Shown here in pieces: positions 10,253 to 20,840 of a stretch of 64,000 nt of DNA. Source of the stretch: Ranitomeya imitator (lineage: Eukaryota). Positions within the stretch are counted from its first letter, which is position 1; each line of letters opens with the position of its first letter. The notes beneath the pieces were generated by a model that was not told where the DNA came from, searched no databases, and saw only the letters and a list, made by a program, of their open reading frames with translations. The DNA lies in assembly GCF_032444005.1 (NCBI RefSeq), contig NC_091284.1, positions 772,086,001-772,150,000 of the forward strand. The letters are read 5' to 3'. Made by a program: the position numbers and the translations under genes.

Positions 10253-12323
10253 TTGTTGAACTTCCTGGGAGATTGGGAGAGGATTACCAGAAGTCCTTGG
10301 GTCCTTCAGGTCATATCCCAGGGGTACAGAATAGAGTTCGACTCTCTTCCTCCAGAAAGATATTTTGTATCAAACGTCCATCTCTCCTCAGCCTCCCCTA
10401 TGTGGTCAGACATACAGGATCTTCTTCGAATGGAGGCAATAGCTCCTGTTCCTCCTCAACAGATAGGAAGTGGTCATTACTCAGGCCTCTTCTCTATAAA
10501 GAAACCTTCGGGGGAATCTCGAACTATAATAAACCTCAAGCCTTTAAACAAATGGCTGCAATACAAGAGGTTCAAGATGGAATCAATACGTTCCACAATT
10601 CCCCTGTTAGGAAAAAATGTGGTAATGTGTACTTTAGACTTAAAAAGTGTGTATTATAACGTACCAATCTTTCCAGGTCATCAAAAATACCTCAAGTTTG
10701 TGGTAGATATGGAAGGAAGGATCTTTCATTTTCAGTTTTGTTGCCTCCCATTTGGTCTGGCGACAGCGCCCAGAATTTTTACAAAACTTGTCGTAGAAGT
10801 ACAGGAAAGAAATATATCTTGGTACCGTGTTAGCCAGTAGATAGAAAAATGTTTAGAATTGAGAGTCCTCAGTGGTTGATACCTTTTAATGGCTAACTGA
10901 AAAGTTAGCCATTAAAAGGTATCAACCACTGAGGACTCTCAGTCGTAGAAGTAGGGTCTTATCTAAGAAAACGAGACATCACAATAATACCCTATTTAGA
11001 CAACTTTCTAATAGTGGCAGACACTGTGGGGAAGCTCAAAATCGACTGTCAGTTGGTGATTTCCACACTGCAAAAACTAGGTTGGGTGATAAACTGGTCA
11101 AAGTCAGACCTCACACCCAAACCAAGGATAAAATTTCTAGGCATTATCCTGGACTCAAATGTAAGAAAATCTTTTCTTCTAGACAAGAAGCGGTCCGACC
11201 TAATAATAAGGATTCGCCAATTTTCGAGGAGTCGAATCTCTATCAGGGATGCGATGAAGATACTGGGATTGATGACAGCCTGCATCCCATGTGTCAGCTG
11301 GAGCCAGTTTCATTCCCGTCGGTTACAGAGAGCAGGTCTCGCTTCTTGGGACAGAAGACAAACCTCACTGGACAAGGAGTTCCACCTATCCCATCTGGTC
11401 AAGCAGTCCCTATGGGACAGAAGACAAACCTCACTGGACAAGGAGTTCCACCTATCCCATCTGGTCAAGCAGTCCCTACACTGGTGGACTATTCCAAGAA
11501 ACCTACAAAGGGGCGTCCCATGGATCCAATCTCCATCTGTCACGGTGACTACAGATGCAAGCCAACTAGGTTGGGGCGGCCAGGTCCTTGGAAGATGCTA
11601 CCAGGGACAGTGGAATTCAACGGACAGCAAGAATTCCTCAAATCACAGAGAACTACATGCAGTTTGGAAGGTCATCTGTTCAGTGCAGGCCCTGCTAAGG
11701 AACAAACATCTAAAGATTTTCTCGGACAACATGACAACGGTAGCTTTTCTTCGCCACCAGGGTGGTCCAAGACATCCAAAACTACAACATCTGGCGGATC
11801 AGATCTTCAGATGGGCGGAGAAGTCGGTGCTCTCAATTTCTGCAGTGCATCTAGAAGGTTCGAGGAACCAAGTTGCAGATTTTCTGAGCAGAGAAAAACT
11901 ATTGACAACGGAGTGGGAACTGAACTGCGAAGTTTTCAGCAGAATATGAACACCGACAATGGACTTATTAGCGACCAGACGAAACGCGAAGGTCGGAACC
12001 TTTTATTCTCTGAACCCTCAAGAAAAACCTGTGGGAGTAGACGCTCTCTCTCTCAATCATGGAGCAGGGGTTTGTTATATGCTTTCGCCCTTATTGCATT
12101 GATACCGAGAATCCTCAGGAAAATATGCGAGGACAGAGCTCAGGTTATTTTGGTGGTTCCTTCCTGGTCCAAAAGAAGCTGGTTCCCTTTCCTGAGGAAG
12201 TTGTCGGTAGAGGAACCCTATCTCCTTCCGGAAAGGGAAGATCTACTCTTCCAGGGTCCGATTCTTCACCAGAACCCAGGAAGCCTCCAATTAGCAGCTT
12301 GGATCCTGAACGCCAGATCCTAA
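10253..12323 (+). pseudogene. DIRS reverse transcriptase / RNase H / methyltransferase-like ORF, disrupted
   Basis: LPFGLATAPRIFTK, YLDN (10993-11004; YxDD with D>N), TTDASQLGWG, SDNMTTVAFL, NQVADFLSR, then LYAF...IPRILRKI...VPSWSKRSWF; insertion at 10802 and frameshift near 11945. Confidence 0.93.
10802..10941. mobile_element. 140-bp insertion with perfect 39-bp hairpin, probably a Penelope-like pLTR fragment
   Basis: 12-bp TSD GTCGTAGAAGTA (10790-10801 / 10942-10953); arms 10860-10898 and 10903-10941, loop GAAA; removal restores KLVVEVGSYL. Family assignment is from recalled amphibian PLE termini. Confidence 0.6.
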
Positions 12324-13338
12324 AAGCAAAAGGGCTCTTCGAAGGAGTCATCTCCATACTTCAAGCAAGTAGGAAGCCGGTAACCTCCACAATCTATCTA
12401 AAGATATGGAAAAAATTCAGCAGTTTTTGTGGAGACACAACAGTCAATGTTGACCACCCTGAAATTCCTAAGATTCTTGATTTTTTTGAAGCAGGGATTC
12501 AAAAAAGGTCTTAAACCAAGTACTCTGATGGTCCAGGTGGCAGCCCTAAGTGTATTTTATGATTCTACCGTAGCTTCCCACCCTTGGATAGCTCGGTTTT
12601 CCAGAGCAGTTCAAAGGTTGAGATGCTTAATTAAGAAATCAGTCCCACCTTGGGATCTTAACCTTGTCCTTAACGAATTTTGTAAAGATCCATTTGATAT
12701 AACAAAAGAGATAGACATTGCTATACTTTCCTTCAAGACAGTCTTCCTAGTGGCCATTACATCGGCTAAAAGACTGGGGGAACTTCAGGCCCTGTCCACC
12801 CAAAATCCCTATCTACAAATATTTGACGATAGACTGGTTTTAAGACTGGATCCAGGTTTCCTTCCTAAAGTGGTCTCGGCTTCAAATATAAATCAGGAAG
12901 TAGTGCTTCCATCATTTTGCCAGTTTCCTAGAAATAACAAAGACATTTTTTTCCATAACCTGGATGTCAGGGAAACGGTACTTAAGTACTTAGAAGCAAC
13001 TAGGGCCTGGAGACAGGATAGTAATCTCTTTGTCCTTTATGGGGGTCCTAATAAGGGGAAAAAAGGCATCAAAATCCACCCTTGCGAGATGGATTAGGTC
13101 CACCATTAGTCTGGCTTATCAGGCACAAGGTAGGGATCCCCCAGGAAATCTTAAAGCTCATTCATCCAGGGCTATGGCGGCTTCATGGGCAGAGAAAGGG
13201 GGGGCTTCGGCAGATCAGATCTGCAGAGCTGCATCTTGGTCTAGCCTCAGTACCTTTTCTAAACATTACAAGCTAGATGTAGTTTCTTCTCAGCTAGCTT
13301 TTGGCAAGAAGGTGCTTCAGGCAGTAGTCCCTCCCTAG
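12310..13338 (+). pseudogene. DIRS tyrosine recombinase, frameshifted
   Basis: PWDLNLVL, AITSAKRLGELQAL (catalytic R), KAHSSRAMAASWA (HxxR), WSSLSTFSKHY (W...Y); split over ORFs 12059, 12429 and 13030. Confidence 0.93.
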
Positions 13339-13361
13339 GACCAAAATCTCATTTGGTACTT

Positions 13362-13447
13362 CTCCATGGTGCTGTCAGGTGGTGACCTGGAAAATGGTAA
13401 TTAGAGATACCGGTAATTGTATTTCCAGGAATCCATCCTGACAGCAC
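13362..13447 (+). other. DIRS internal complementary region (ICR)
   Basis: 13362-13393 is complementary to the left terminus; 13391-13447 is complementary to the right terminus and extension. Confidence 0.92.
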
Positions 13448-15581
13448 TGTTAGCTCCCTCCCTATTACAAATACGTTGTATACTTATGTGAAGTAACATT
13501 TGTATAAAAATTGTTATGTTCAAAATAAAATTCTCTTTTTGCATCCATCCAGATGTGTTACTTTGGAAAATCACTGAAGGGTGGAAGGGGGAGGGTCCTT
13601 TTAAACTCTCGTGGTTTCCTGTCCCACTATGGATAAGGAGGAGGACCTCCATGGTGCTGTCAGGATGGGTTCCTGGAAATACAATTACCGGTATGTCTAA
13701 TTACCGTTTTTCTGCAAGCGGAGCTCGAGATAACTGTGTTATTTCCTGCAGAGACGAGCCCTCGCTGGAAGAAGTGTTGGCGGTCTGTGCTGGATGAAAG
13801 ATGAAAAACAAAGATGAAGGACTTCACCTAGAGATGTCACTGGTGAGTCAGTGTGCTACCTGTACACTGACTCTATACACTGTATACTATATACAGAGGT
13901 CCTGTGTATAATATCACCAGTGATCACTGTATTACCTGTACACAGACACTGCATACTAAGTACAGATCTCCTGTGTATAATGGCACTTATGGTGATTGTA
14001 TTGTGGGTTTTTTTTTATTACTGATCAATATTGTAGTATTCAGTCACTATGTGGTGGTAATATGTGGTTTGTCATGGTGTTATGGTATTTGTTTCTTGCA
14101 TGTGATATTATTTGAAACTGGTGGTAATATGTGCTCTGGTCATGGTGTTGTGGTATTTGTTCCTTGTATGTGATATTATTGGTCATTTTAAAAATTGAAA
14201 AATAAATAAAAATATACCTAAATTTAAACAAATATTTAATAGGTTACAGTAGAGTAGGGCCCGGCCAAAAGTGTCTACCGTGTTATGGTGGCGGCTTAAA
14301 AAATCTTTTGGCAAAAACAAAATCCGCCTGGCTATTGGGGTGGAGGCGGGGCTGGGGTGGAGCCTGGGTGGGGTCTCAAGGGGCCCCGAAAATTTTGCCA
14401 GTATGGGGCCCCGAAATTTCTAGTGGCAGCCCTGGTAACAGCACATTCAGTACAATTCAAGTCTCTTAAGCACAGGCTTCATAAACAGCACAGCTGCTTC
14501 TTAGAGGCACATTGACTAACAGTCTCTTTAGATAGCACAGTTCAGCACAAATCAAGACTCTTTACAAAAGCGCAGGAGTATACAGGATTCCTTCTAGCAC
14601 AGTGTAATGGAGGAGGGGGGAGAGATTGCTGTGGGAGATTATCACTGTAACACAACTTCTTTCAGTCCTTATCTTTCCGCTCCTGTTAGACTTCCTCAAC
14701 TAGCAGTACAGGGGTAGCCCAACTCCACTCTGTACATGAATCCAGGATCCCTATGATTCACTTGCCTGAACTTCTGTGAGAGAGATCACAGAAACACAAA
14801 ACACACCACACTATGCTTTGACTGCTGCCAGAATTGTAAACAAGTTTCCCACAATTTCTGATAACCATTCCCTGTCTCCTATGACTGTGTTAACCCCTGT
14901 AGTTGCTGGATGCTTTTGAAGCAACAGCAGTTAGCACTATTTCTGCATGTCACATTTATTTCTTCACTTAGATATTTTACTGCTCACGATTCATGCCGTA
15001 ATCATAACCAATCTTTGTCACGAGGACTTTATTTTAACTCTTTGTTTGTAAATGTTTTATACATGTTTTTAGTTTTTTAAATATTTTGTTCCCCAAGAGA
15101 TCACAAAAGATCTCTGGGGAACATTTTATTTTATTGTATTGTTATTTTTTTCCACTGTAACTGAGGTATCCAAAGGGGCCCCAGTTACAAGGGAATAACA
15201 GCCCCTTTCCGTGCCAGGCCTTATTGGCAGTGCTTATCTGGATCTGCTGGGACCCAGCAGCTCTGTTCAGCTGGCAGAGACGTGGCGATCATGTGATCAC
15301 CAGGTTCTACAGGAGCATTGCCGATACTTCAGTACACATAAATAGCTCTTACTGTGCACTATTTAGCAAGCAACAAAGAAGACAGAATAAGTAATAAAGC
15401 ACTTCTGTCCTTTCCTCAGGGTTACCTACTATGCCTGACATCCAGGGACTAGACCGGCTCCTATTAGATTGCAGGAGTTTTAACCTCATTTAATAACTTT
15501 ATAATGGTGCAAAGTTAAAGCCAATACATACGGTACTTGGTCGGTGTGCTTGACAATTTGTATCGGCATGGTATGTGGTTG

Positions 15582-15623
15582 TTTCCTGAAGAAGAATTAC
15601 CTGTCACTTTGAAACTCGTTGAA
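15582..15623 (+). ncRNA. Degenerate minimal hammerhead-ribozyme-like motif (Penelope-type)
   Basis: ttc-CTGAAGA-ag...ttt-GAAA-ctcg-TT-gaa followed by AATAAA; stems II and III are weak. Confidence 0.35.
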
Positions 15624-16439
15624 TAAAAACCACAAGTTTTAAAAAATTCCTTTGAATTGACATCTTCATAAATCAGTGCAGAAGAGATTCATTAAACTCC
15701 TCAGATATGGAAAGTCTTCCAAAGCACGTTTGGCCAACCCCTGTACCTGTTCATCAGTACTGGAAATGATGGCATGGTTCACTTTTGTCTACCATTCACC
15801 ATTGCAGGAGTCCTCTTCCAGGCGGATTCTCCTAACAGATCTTCGGTGCTTGACCAACATCGGTTGTCTCCCAGATGTGAGTTAAAGAAGGCTCTGCTTC
15901 TTGACTGGCGTAGGTGTGGGGTTCAGGCCTTGACTAGCGTAATCTGGACTCTGGGTCTGACCTGGGGCCTCCGGAGTCGTGTTTGTAACCAGACAGCAGC
16001 TGGCTGGCACACAGTTCTCACTGAGGCCTGTCACTCCGGCTGCAGCGTCTTCGCCTGTGTATCTCTGTACCGCTCTCTCCTTTGGCGTCAAAACCCACTC
16101 AGGTTTGGTGTGCAGACCCTTAATAGTGAGGAAGTCTGTGATCAATGGCACTTGTCTAGGTGTTACATCAAAACATGACCTCCTGCAATTCTTCTTACGG
16201 TTAGTTCCGAATTGTCTCGTCTGAATGGTAGATGGCATAGATGGCAGCTTTCTCACACCAATTACACACCGCCGGGGTATTTGAGGAGTATTGTCAGATC
16301 CTTTTACACATCAATATTTAAAAATTATACAAGACTAAATACAGTTTCCTATGTTAATAATTGCAATGGTTTAACTAAAAATGAATGCCATACAGATGGT
16401 GTCTGCATGGCATGTATTTATTTTGCACTCCCATTGAAA

Positions 16440-16851
16440 CAGAGGGGAGTCTCAGCTCCGGCGCAGGCGTACTTTGTCTGCCCTGTTGAGGGCAAAGCAA
16501 AATACTGCAGTGCGCAGGCGCCGGGCCTCTCTGACCTTTCCGGCGCCTGCGCACTGCAGTACTTTCCTCTGCCCTCAACAGGGCAGACAAAGTACACCTG
16601 CGCCGGAGCCACGGCGTGAAGACCAGAAGAGGACGTCATGGAATGAAGATGGGAGGCGCCGGAGCGGACTTGAGACACCCATTTGACCAGACCGCAGCGG
16701 GACCACCCCTGGGTGAGTATAATCTAACCTCTTTTTCTCCTCTTTCAGGTTACATGGGGGGCTTATCTACAGCATTACAGAATGCTGTAGATAAGTCCCT
16801 GATGACGGTGAGCTTACCTCACCATCGATTTTTGGGGGTGACAGGTTCCCT
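16440..16851. mobile_element. Right part of a T2/Kolobok-type MITE with internal inverted repeat
   Basis: Terminus tgacaggttccct|TTAA (16852-16855); about 70-bp inverted arms 16455-16525 / 16540-16610. Confidence 0.7.
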
Positions 16852-17093
16852 TTAAACTCTTTACTGAATGGTAACTTGGTAAGGGCTATATACAGAATAC
16901 AAGGGATAGGGGTTTATGGACGTTTCCTTTACAGCATGAAGCATTATTCCACACAGTATCCTTCTTCTGTAGTTTACTCCAGTGCTTTCAAGGCACACTG
17001 TTTCTCCTTACTTCGCCACAACCCAGATTTAAAAGGGTATTCTATCTTCAAGATCCTATCCCAATATGTAGTAGGTGTAATAATAATAATATC

Positions 17094-17148
17094 GTTGGAC
17101 ACGATGATCCTGAAGGTCCCTTCCAACTCTAACATTCTATGATTCTAT
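17094..17148 (+). mobile_element. CR1 LINE 3' tail fragment
   Basis: gttggacacgatgatcctgaaggtcccttccaactctaacATTCTATGATTCTAT, the canonical CR1 hairpin plus (ATTCTATG)n tail. Confidence 0.85.
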
Positions 17149-17599
17149 CCATGGAGCTCTTTAATGCTACAGTCCTGATTCACAAGTCTCCTTTACTTGC
17201 TCTGCAGTTCTGCTTCCTATCTCTTCCACTACTGGCACTCTGGATCTACCGCTCGGGACCCTTCACTAGTCCTCTTCTCTCAGTCCTGCTAAGGCCCGTT
17301 ACCTTCTGCATTACAAGCTCAAGGTCTCGTGGCTACACGTCCTGTCCTACGACCCGTCACCGGAAGTCCACTCTGTCTCTTTCTGTCATATTTTCTTCAG
17401 GATCTCTTTTTCTTAGTCTCCTCTCAGTGTGAGTCGCCCTTTTTACAGCTCTGCTCACGTTACCCTCTGACATTCTAACTGCCTAACTTCAGAAAATCAG
17501 TCACTTTTCCTCGTCCTTGTGGACAATAACTCTTTCTTACTCTACAGTTAACTATCTACATTCTTATAGTTTACCCTACCTCTCTTAAAACGACATGCA

Positions 17600-17642
17600 C
17601 CCCTTCTGAGGAAGATTGAATATCGAAACGCGCGTTAAGGGG
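17600..17642 (+). ncRNA. Minimal type I hammerhead ribozyme
   Basis: Stem I cccctt/aagggg; core CTGAGGA plus extra A; stem II gat/atc; GAAA; palindromic stem III ACGCGCGT; predicted GUU cleavage after 17636. Confidence 0.7.
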
Positions 17643-19352
17643 CACACTGGTACGTGACTTCAGACAAGTTGTATCTTGATTACCTTTGATACTCTCAGTT
17701 GCTGCTACTGCGGTCTATTTAACCATTGCAGGTCATGGTCATTGCAGGTCATGGTGTGCACATTATGCTCTGTTTTTCCTTTGAACGCTTTGGATCTCAT
17801 TGATCCTACTACACTGCTTCAATAATCAAAATAAGAATTTTTTCTTTATATTCTTAGCCTTCAGATGAAAAACGGACAGATTTGATATGCAATTAGATAC
17901 TGGATTGATTTATCCCTTTCTATATATTTAATTGAAAATTGTCTGCACTATGCACTTTACCTAATCTTCACACCATATTCTTGAACGGCCCTATTATTCC
18001 TATGACTGGTATTGATGATATTATACTCGCCTTTACTCCATTTATATTGTCAAATATTTCTATCTCTCTTTAAACTGTCTGTCAGATTATTACTTGATGT
18101 TCGCTATTCTGCATAATCTGTATTGTTGCACTTTATGTATTATATCATTATCATGTACAGTGTCTGCGCTTTTTCTCATTTTTGTGGTTGAGTTGCATTT
18201 CCAATTTTTAATGGTTTTTAATTCAAATTATGTACTTTAATAAAATTATTTTCTATGAGAATCCACTCTGGAGGATTTTGTTTGTCTCTACATTTTCTTT
18301 GGTTACCTTATGCTCCTCCTATTTTGGTATTTTTTGAGCAGGTCATTTCGTATCTATCTTATAACACTGCTACACACTATACATATTACAACTTACAACT
18401 TACACTTACAACACTTCTCTCACTATGTACATTATACATTAGAATTCACAGGACACGATATATACAAAAGACACTTTTCACATTACAATATGCACACACA
18501 CCGCCATTGTTGTCTTCAGAGGTAGGAACATGAAAGGACAGTCCTTCATCCTGACACTTCTACTATTACTATTTACTGTTTAGTTAGGACTGCTCTATAT
18601 GGGTATACCTTGACGATTGGTGGAGCAGCTTAGTATACATTTTTTTTGCAAAAAAACGTATTAACTAAATACCCTGTTTTTTCCATCTTTTGACTAGCAC
18701 TTACTTGCTTATTACTGTGATTTTTTTTTTTACAACAGAGTATTTTTGACCTCACTGTGCTCTTTTGTGTCTTCAAGTTTCTTGGTGGTGTGTGAACAGG
18801 TTCCTACAGACTTGTTCAATGTGCAAGTAGCCTATGTATTTCTGGTTCTATTGCTATTTACTGCAGGGTATTTGCTCATTTTGTTTTTGTCTTAAGCTTC
18901 ATTTGAAAGATATCTGTACAATGTAATTCGACGTGTGTATGATGCGGTCGTGCAAACAAAGATTTGGGTGAATGATCTTTTATCGTTCCATTGTCATCTC
19001 GTGTGTATGACCAGCTACCTTCTCACATAACGGACATGATGAGACGCAGGAATCACGATAAAAGAGCACACCGTAGAGGATGGTAACATCCGGTTTCCAA
19101 TTTAGTCATACATTTCCAGGAGGAGTTACAGAGGAAAGGCACAAAATGCAACGTTTTAAGAAAAGGTATTGTTGTTTTTTTGTGGAATACAAGCATTTCC
19201 TAAAACAGAGATGTCAGGAGAGATGACAAACCCCTGTTAAACTCTCAACGGCTGAGTAAACTAGGACAAAGGAAACTGGATGGCCGAAAACATTTGATTA
19301 ATTATCATTTTCTTATTAGTTTTGTTTTTGCTATTCTACAGGGAGATACGAG

Positions 19353-19668
19353 CAGGCTTGGACTGGCCCACAGGAGAGCAGGAGAATCCTCCGGTGGGCC
19401 CCTGTACAAAAGTAGGCCACCACCTTCTTATATGAGCAGTACTTGACACTGTCAAGGTAAAAATATACGTTTTTATACTCTTTTGTACTTTTACTATATA
19501 CTTGAATCATTATGTACAGACAAAAGCAACATCTGATTAATTTACCAATCTACCCCGTTCATTGTTATATAAATTTGTGATTGAGGATAATGTCACATTT
19601 GCATGTAGTTGAAAAGTGGGGCCCTGAAATTGGTTACTGGTGGGCCTTTCCACCCCTGCCCGACACTG
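19353..19668. mobile_element. hAT-type MITE (caggct(c/t)ggactggccc family), degraded
   Basis: Termini resemble copies at 26659, 48390 and 58715; TSD not preserved. Confidence 0.55.
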
Positions 19669-19789
19669 GGACGGTTCTCGGGGGACTGATTTCTCATCCA
19701 TCACGTCGGATGCAGGATTTGGATCCAGAGACATTAGCGCAGCGTGCGTCCCCCGCGGTGTCATCCATCTAACTGCATATGGGGCTCTG

Positions 19790-20128
19790 GGTAATTGTGC
19801 TGTAAAATCCGGGCGATGCCCATGAGCTGTGATGAGCAGCCCTGGCAGAAGTCTACTGCTGGTGTGTCTTGTCAGGGATGGATTAGTCCTGCGTCAGGAG
19901 GGGAGGAGAGGGGCGGCTCATGCAGTACTAGAATGTGAGCTGGCTCCAGCAGCAGCTCAGACGATCCAGCAATGCCTATGCGTCCGATCCTCCGGCAGCC
20001 CGTCACGTTCCCTCTAAACTGTGCAATCTGGAACAGAAAGAGTTAAATGAGCAATCTAATGAGCCCGTAAAACGTTGACTGTTTTTTTATTTTTTTTAAC
20101 ATTATCGTTTTCAGCGCTCGTAGTGTGA
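19790..20128 (+). promoter_or_regulatory. GC/CpG-enriched putative promoter / 5' leader region of arhgap20
   Basis: Locally CpG-rich unique sequence with GGGGCGG GC box near 19910, upstream of the first coding exon; strong acceptor (poly-T tract, tttaac, ttttcAG at 20113-20114) suggests the coding exon may be 20115-20314 after an upstream non-coding exon. Confidence 0.45.
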
Positions 20129-20179
20129 ATGAAGCCTTGCGCTCCCCGCATCTGCTGCCAAGCCGCCGGGCATGAGTGA
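20129..20179 (+). promoter_or_regulatory. uORF1 (MKPCAPRICCQAAGHE*), in frame with the main ATG but stopped
   Basis: ATG 20129, TGA 20177-20179. Confidence 0.5.
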
Positions 20180-20213
20180 CCAATTGTGGGATTATTATTT
20201 GGAAAGATCTTAA
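20172..20213 (+). promoter_or_regulatory. uORF2 (MSDQLWDYYLERS*), stop overlaps the main start as TAATG
   Basis: gccgccgggcATG at 20172; TAA 20211-20213 shares its last A with ATG 20213. Confidence 0.55.
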
Positions 20214-20314
20214 TGGAAGCTATGTCACCTCAACAGGACAATGTAGGACAACAGCCTCGATCTTCATCCTTGACCGGGGAACCCAAAATATCTGGGGGCA
20301 ACGAAAACCGAAAG
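20213..20314 (+). CDS. arhgap20: Rho GTPase-activating protein 20, first coding exon (partial CDS, 34 aa, phase-0 donor)
   Basis: MEAMSPQQDNVGQQPRSSSLTGEPKISGGNENRK|GTAATT resembles the human ARHGAP20 N-terminus as recalled (MEAMSPQQETLGGQPGRSSSLTG...KK), which is followed by KMKTLA in the next exon; clean AAG|GT donor. Confidence 0.85.
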
Positions 20315-20840
20315 GTAATTTGTGACATTGGTTGGATGGATGCAGGGATTCGTCCGGTGAGGGAACATAGTGTCTTTTGGAAGATCACTGTCAGGTTATC
20401 AGGGGGATTGTAAATCTCCGCAGACCCTACAAAATGTCACCTCTTTGGGGATACTGGGACTTGTAGTTCCATTACAGGGTGGGGAGAGATAATAAATGTG
20501 TGCTGTCTCTCCAGAAGACCAAGAGATGTCCGGTAACAGATTTTTTTTTTAGTTCCACCATATAATATGTATACTGGCCATCTTCTTAGAGAAGACCACC
20601 CTCTTAGAAGACCACTTTTCCATGCAATTGTGAGCAGTGGTCTCAGAAAGGTCGGCTGTACTCTGGAGGATGTGTAGCTGAGCTGCAGATCACTTTACAG
20701 GTTGCTATATTAGGAGGGCTACAATCCGGGGGATCCTTCAGCCTCGGGGTGACGCTGCATGTCACATACTCAATCATTGACTCCTATGCTGGCTGCAGAT
20801 TGACAAATGTCTATAATGAGCAAGATCACTGACATGCAGC

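Larger units (their letters stand above)
8034..13711 (+). mobile_element. Full-length, inactivated DIRS1-type tyrosine-recombinase retrotransposon
   Basis: Left ITR 8034-8141 is inverted to right ITR 13572-13680; right extension to 13711; ICR 13362-13447 complementary to both ends; TTT termini; ORF1, RT/RNaseH/MT and YR in canonical order. Confidence 0.95.
6926..14434. mobile_element. Non-autonomous hAT-type element hosting a DIRS insertion
   Basis: TIR cagggccgcca (6926) / tggcagccctg (14434), 10/11 match; 8-bp TSD gtcacagc (6918-6925) / gtaacagc (14435-14442). Confidence 0.8.

Noticed and set aside
13745-13850. Exon-like unit (ttcctgcAG...actgGTGAGT)
   Set aside because: Lies inside the hAT element, upstream of the arhgap20 start; no recognisable peptide.
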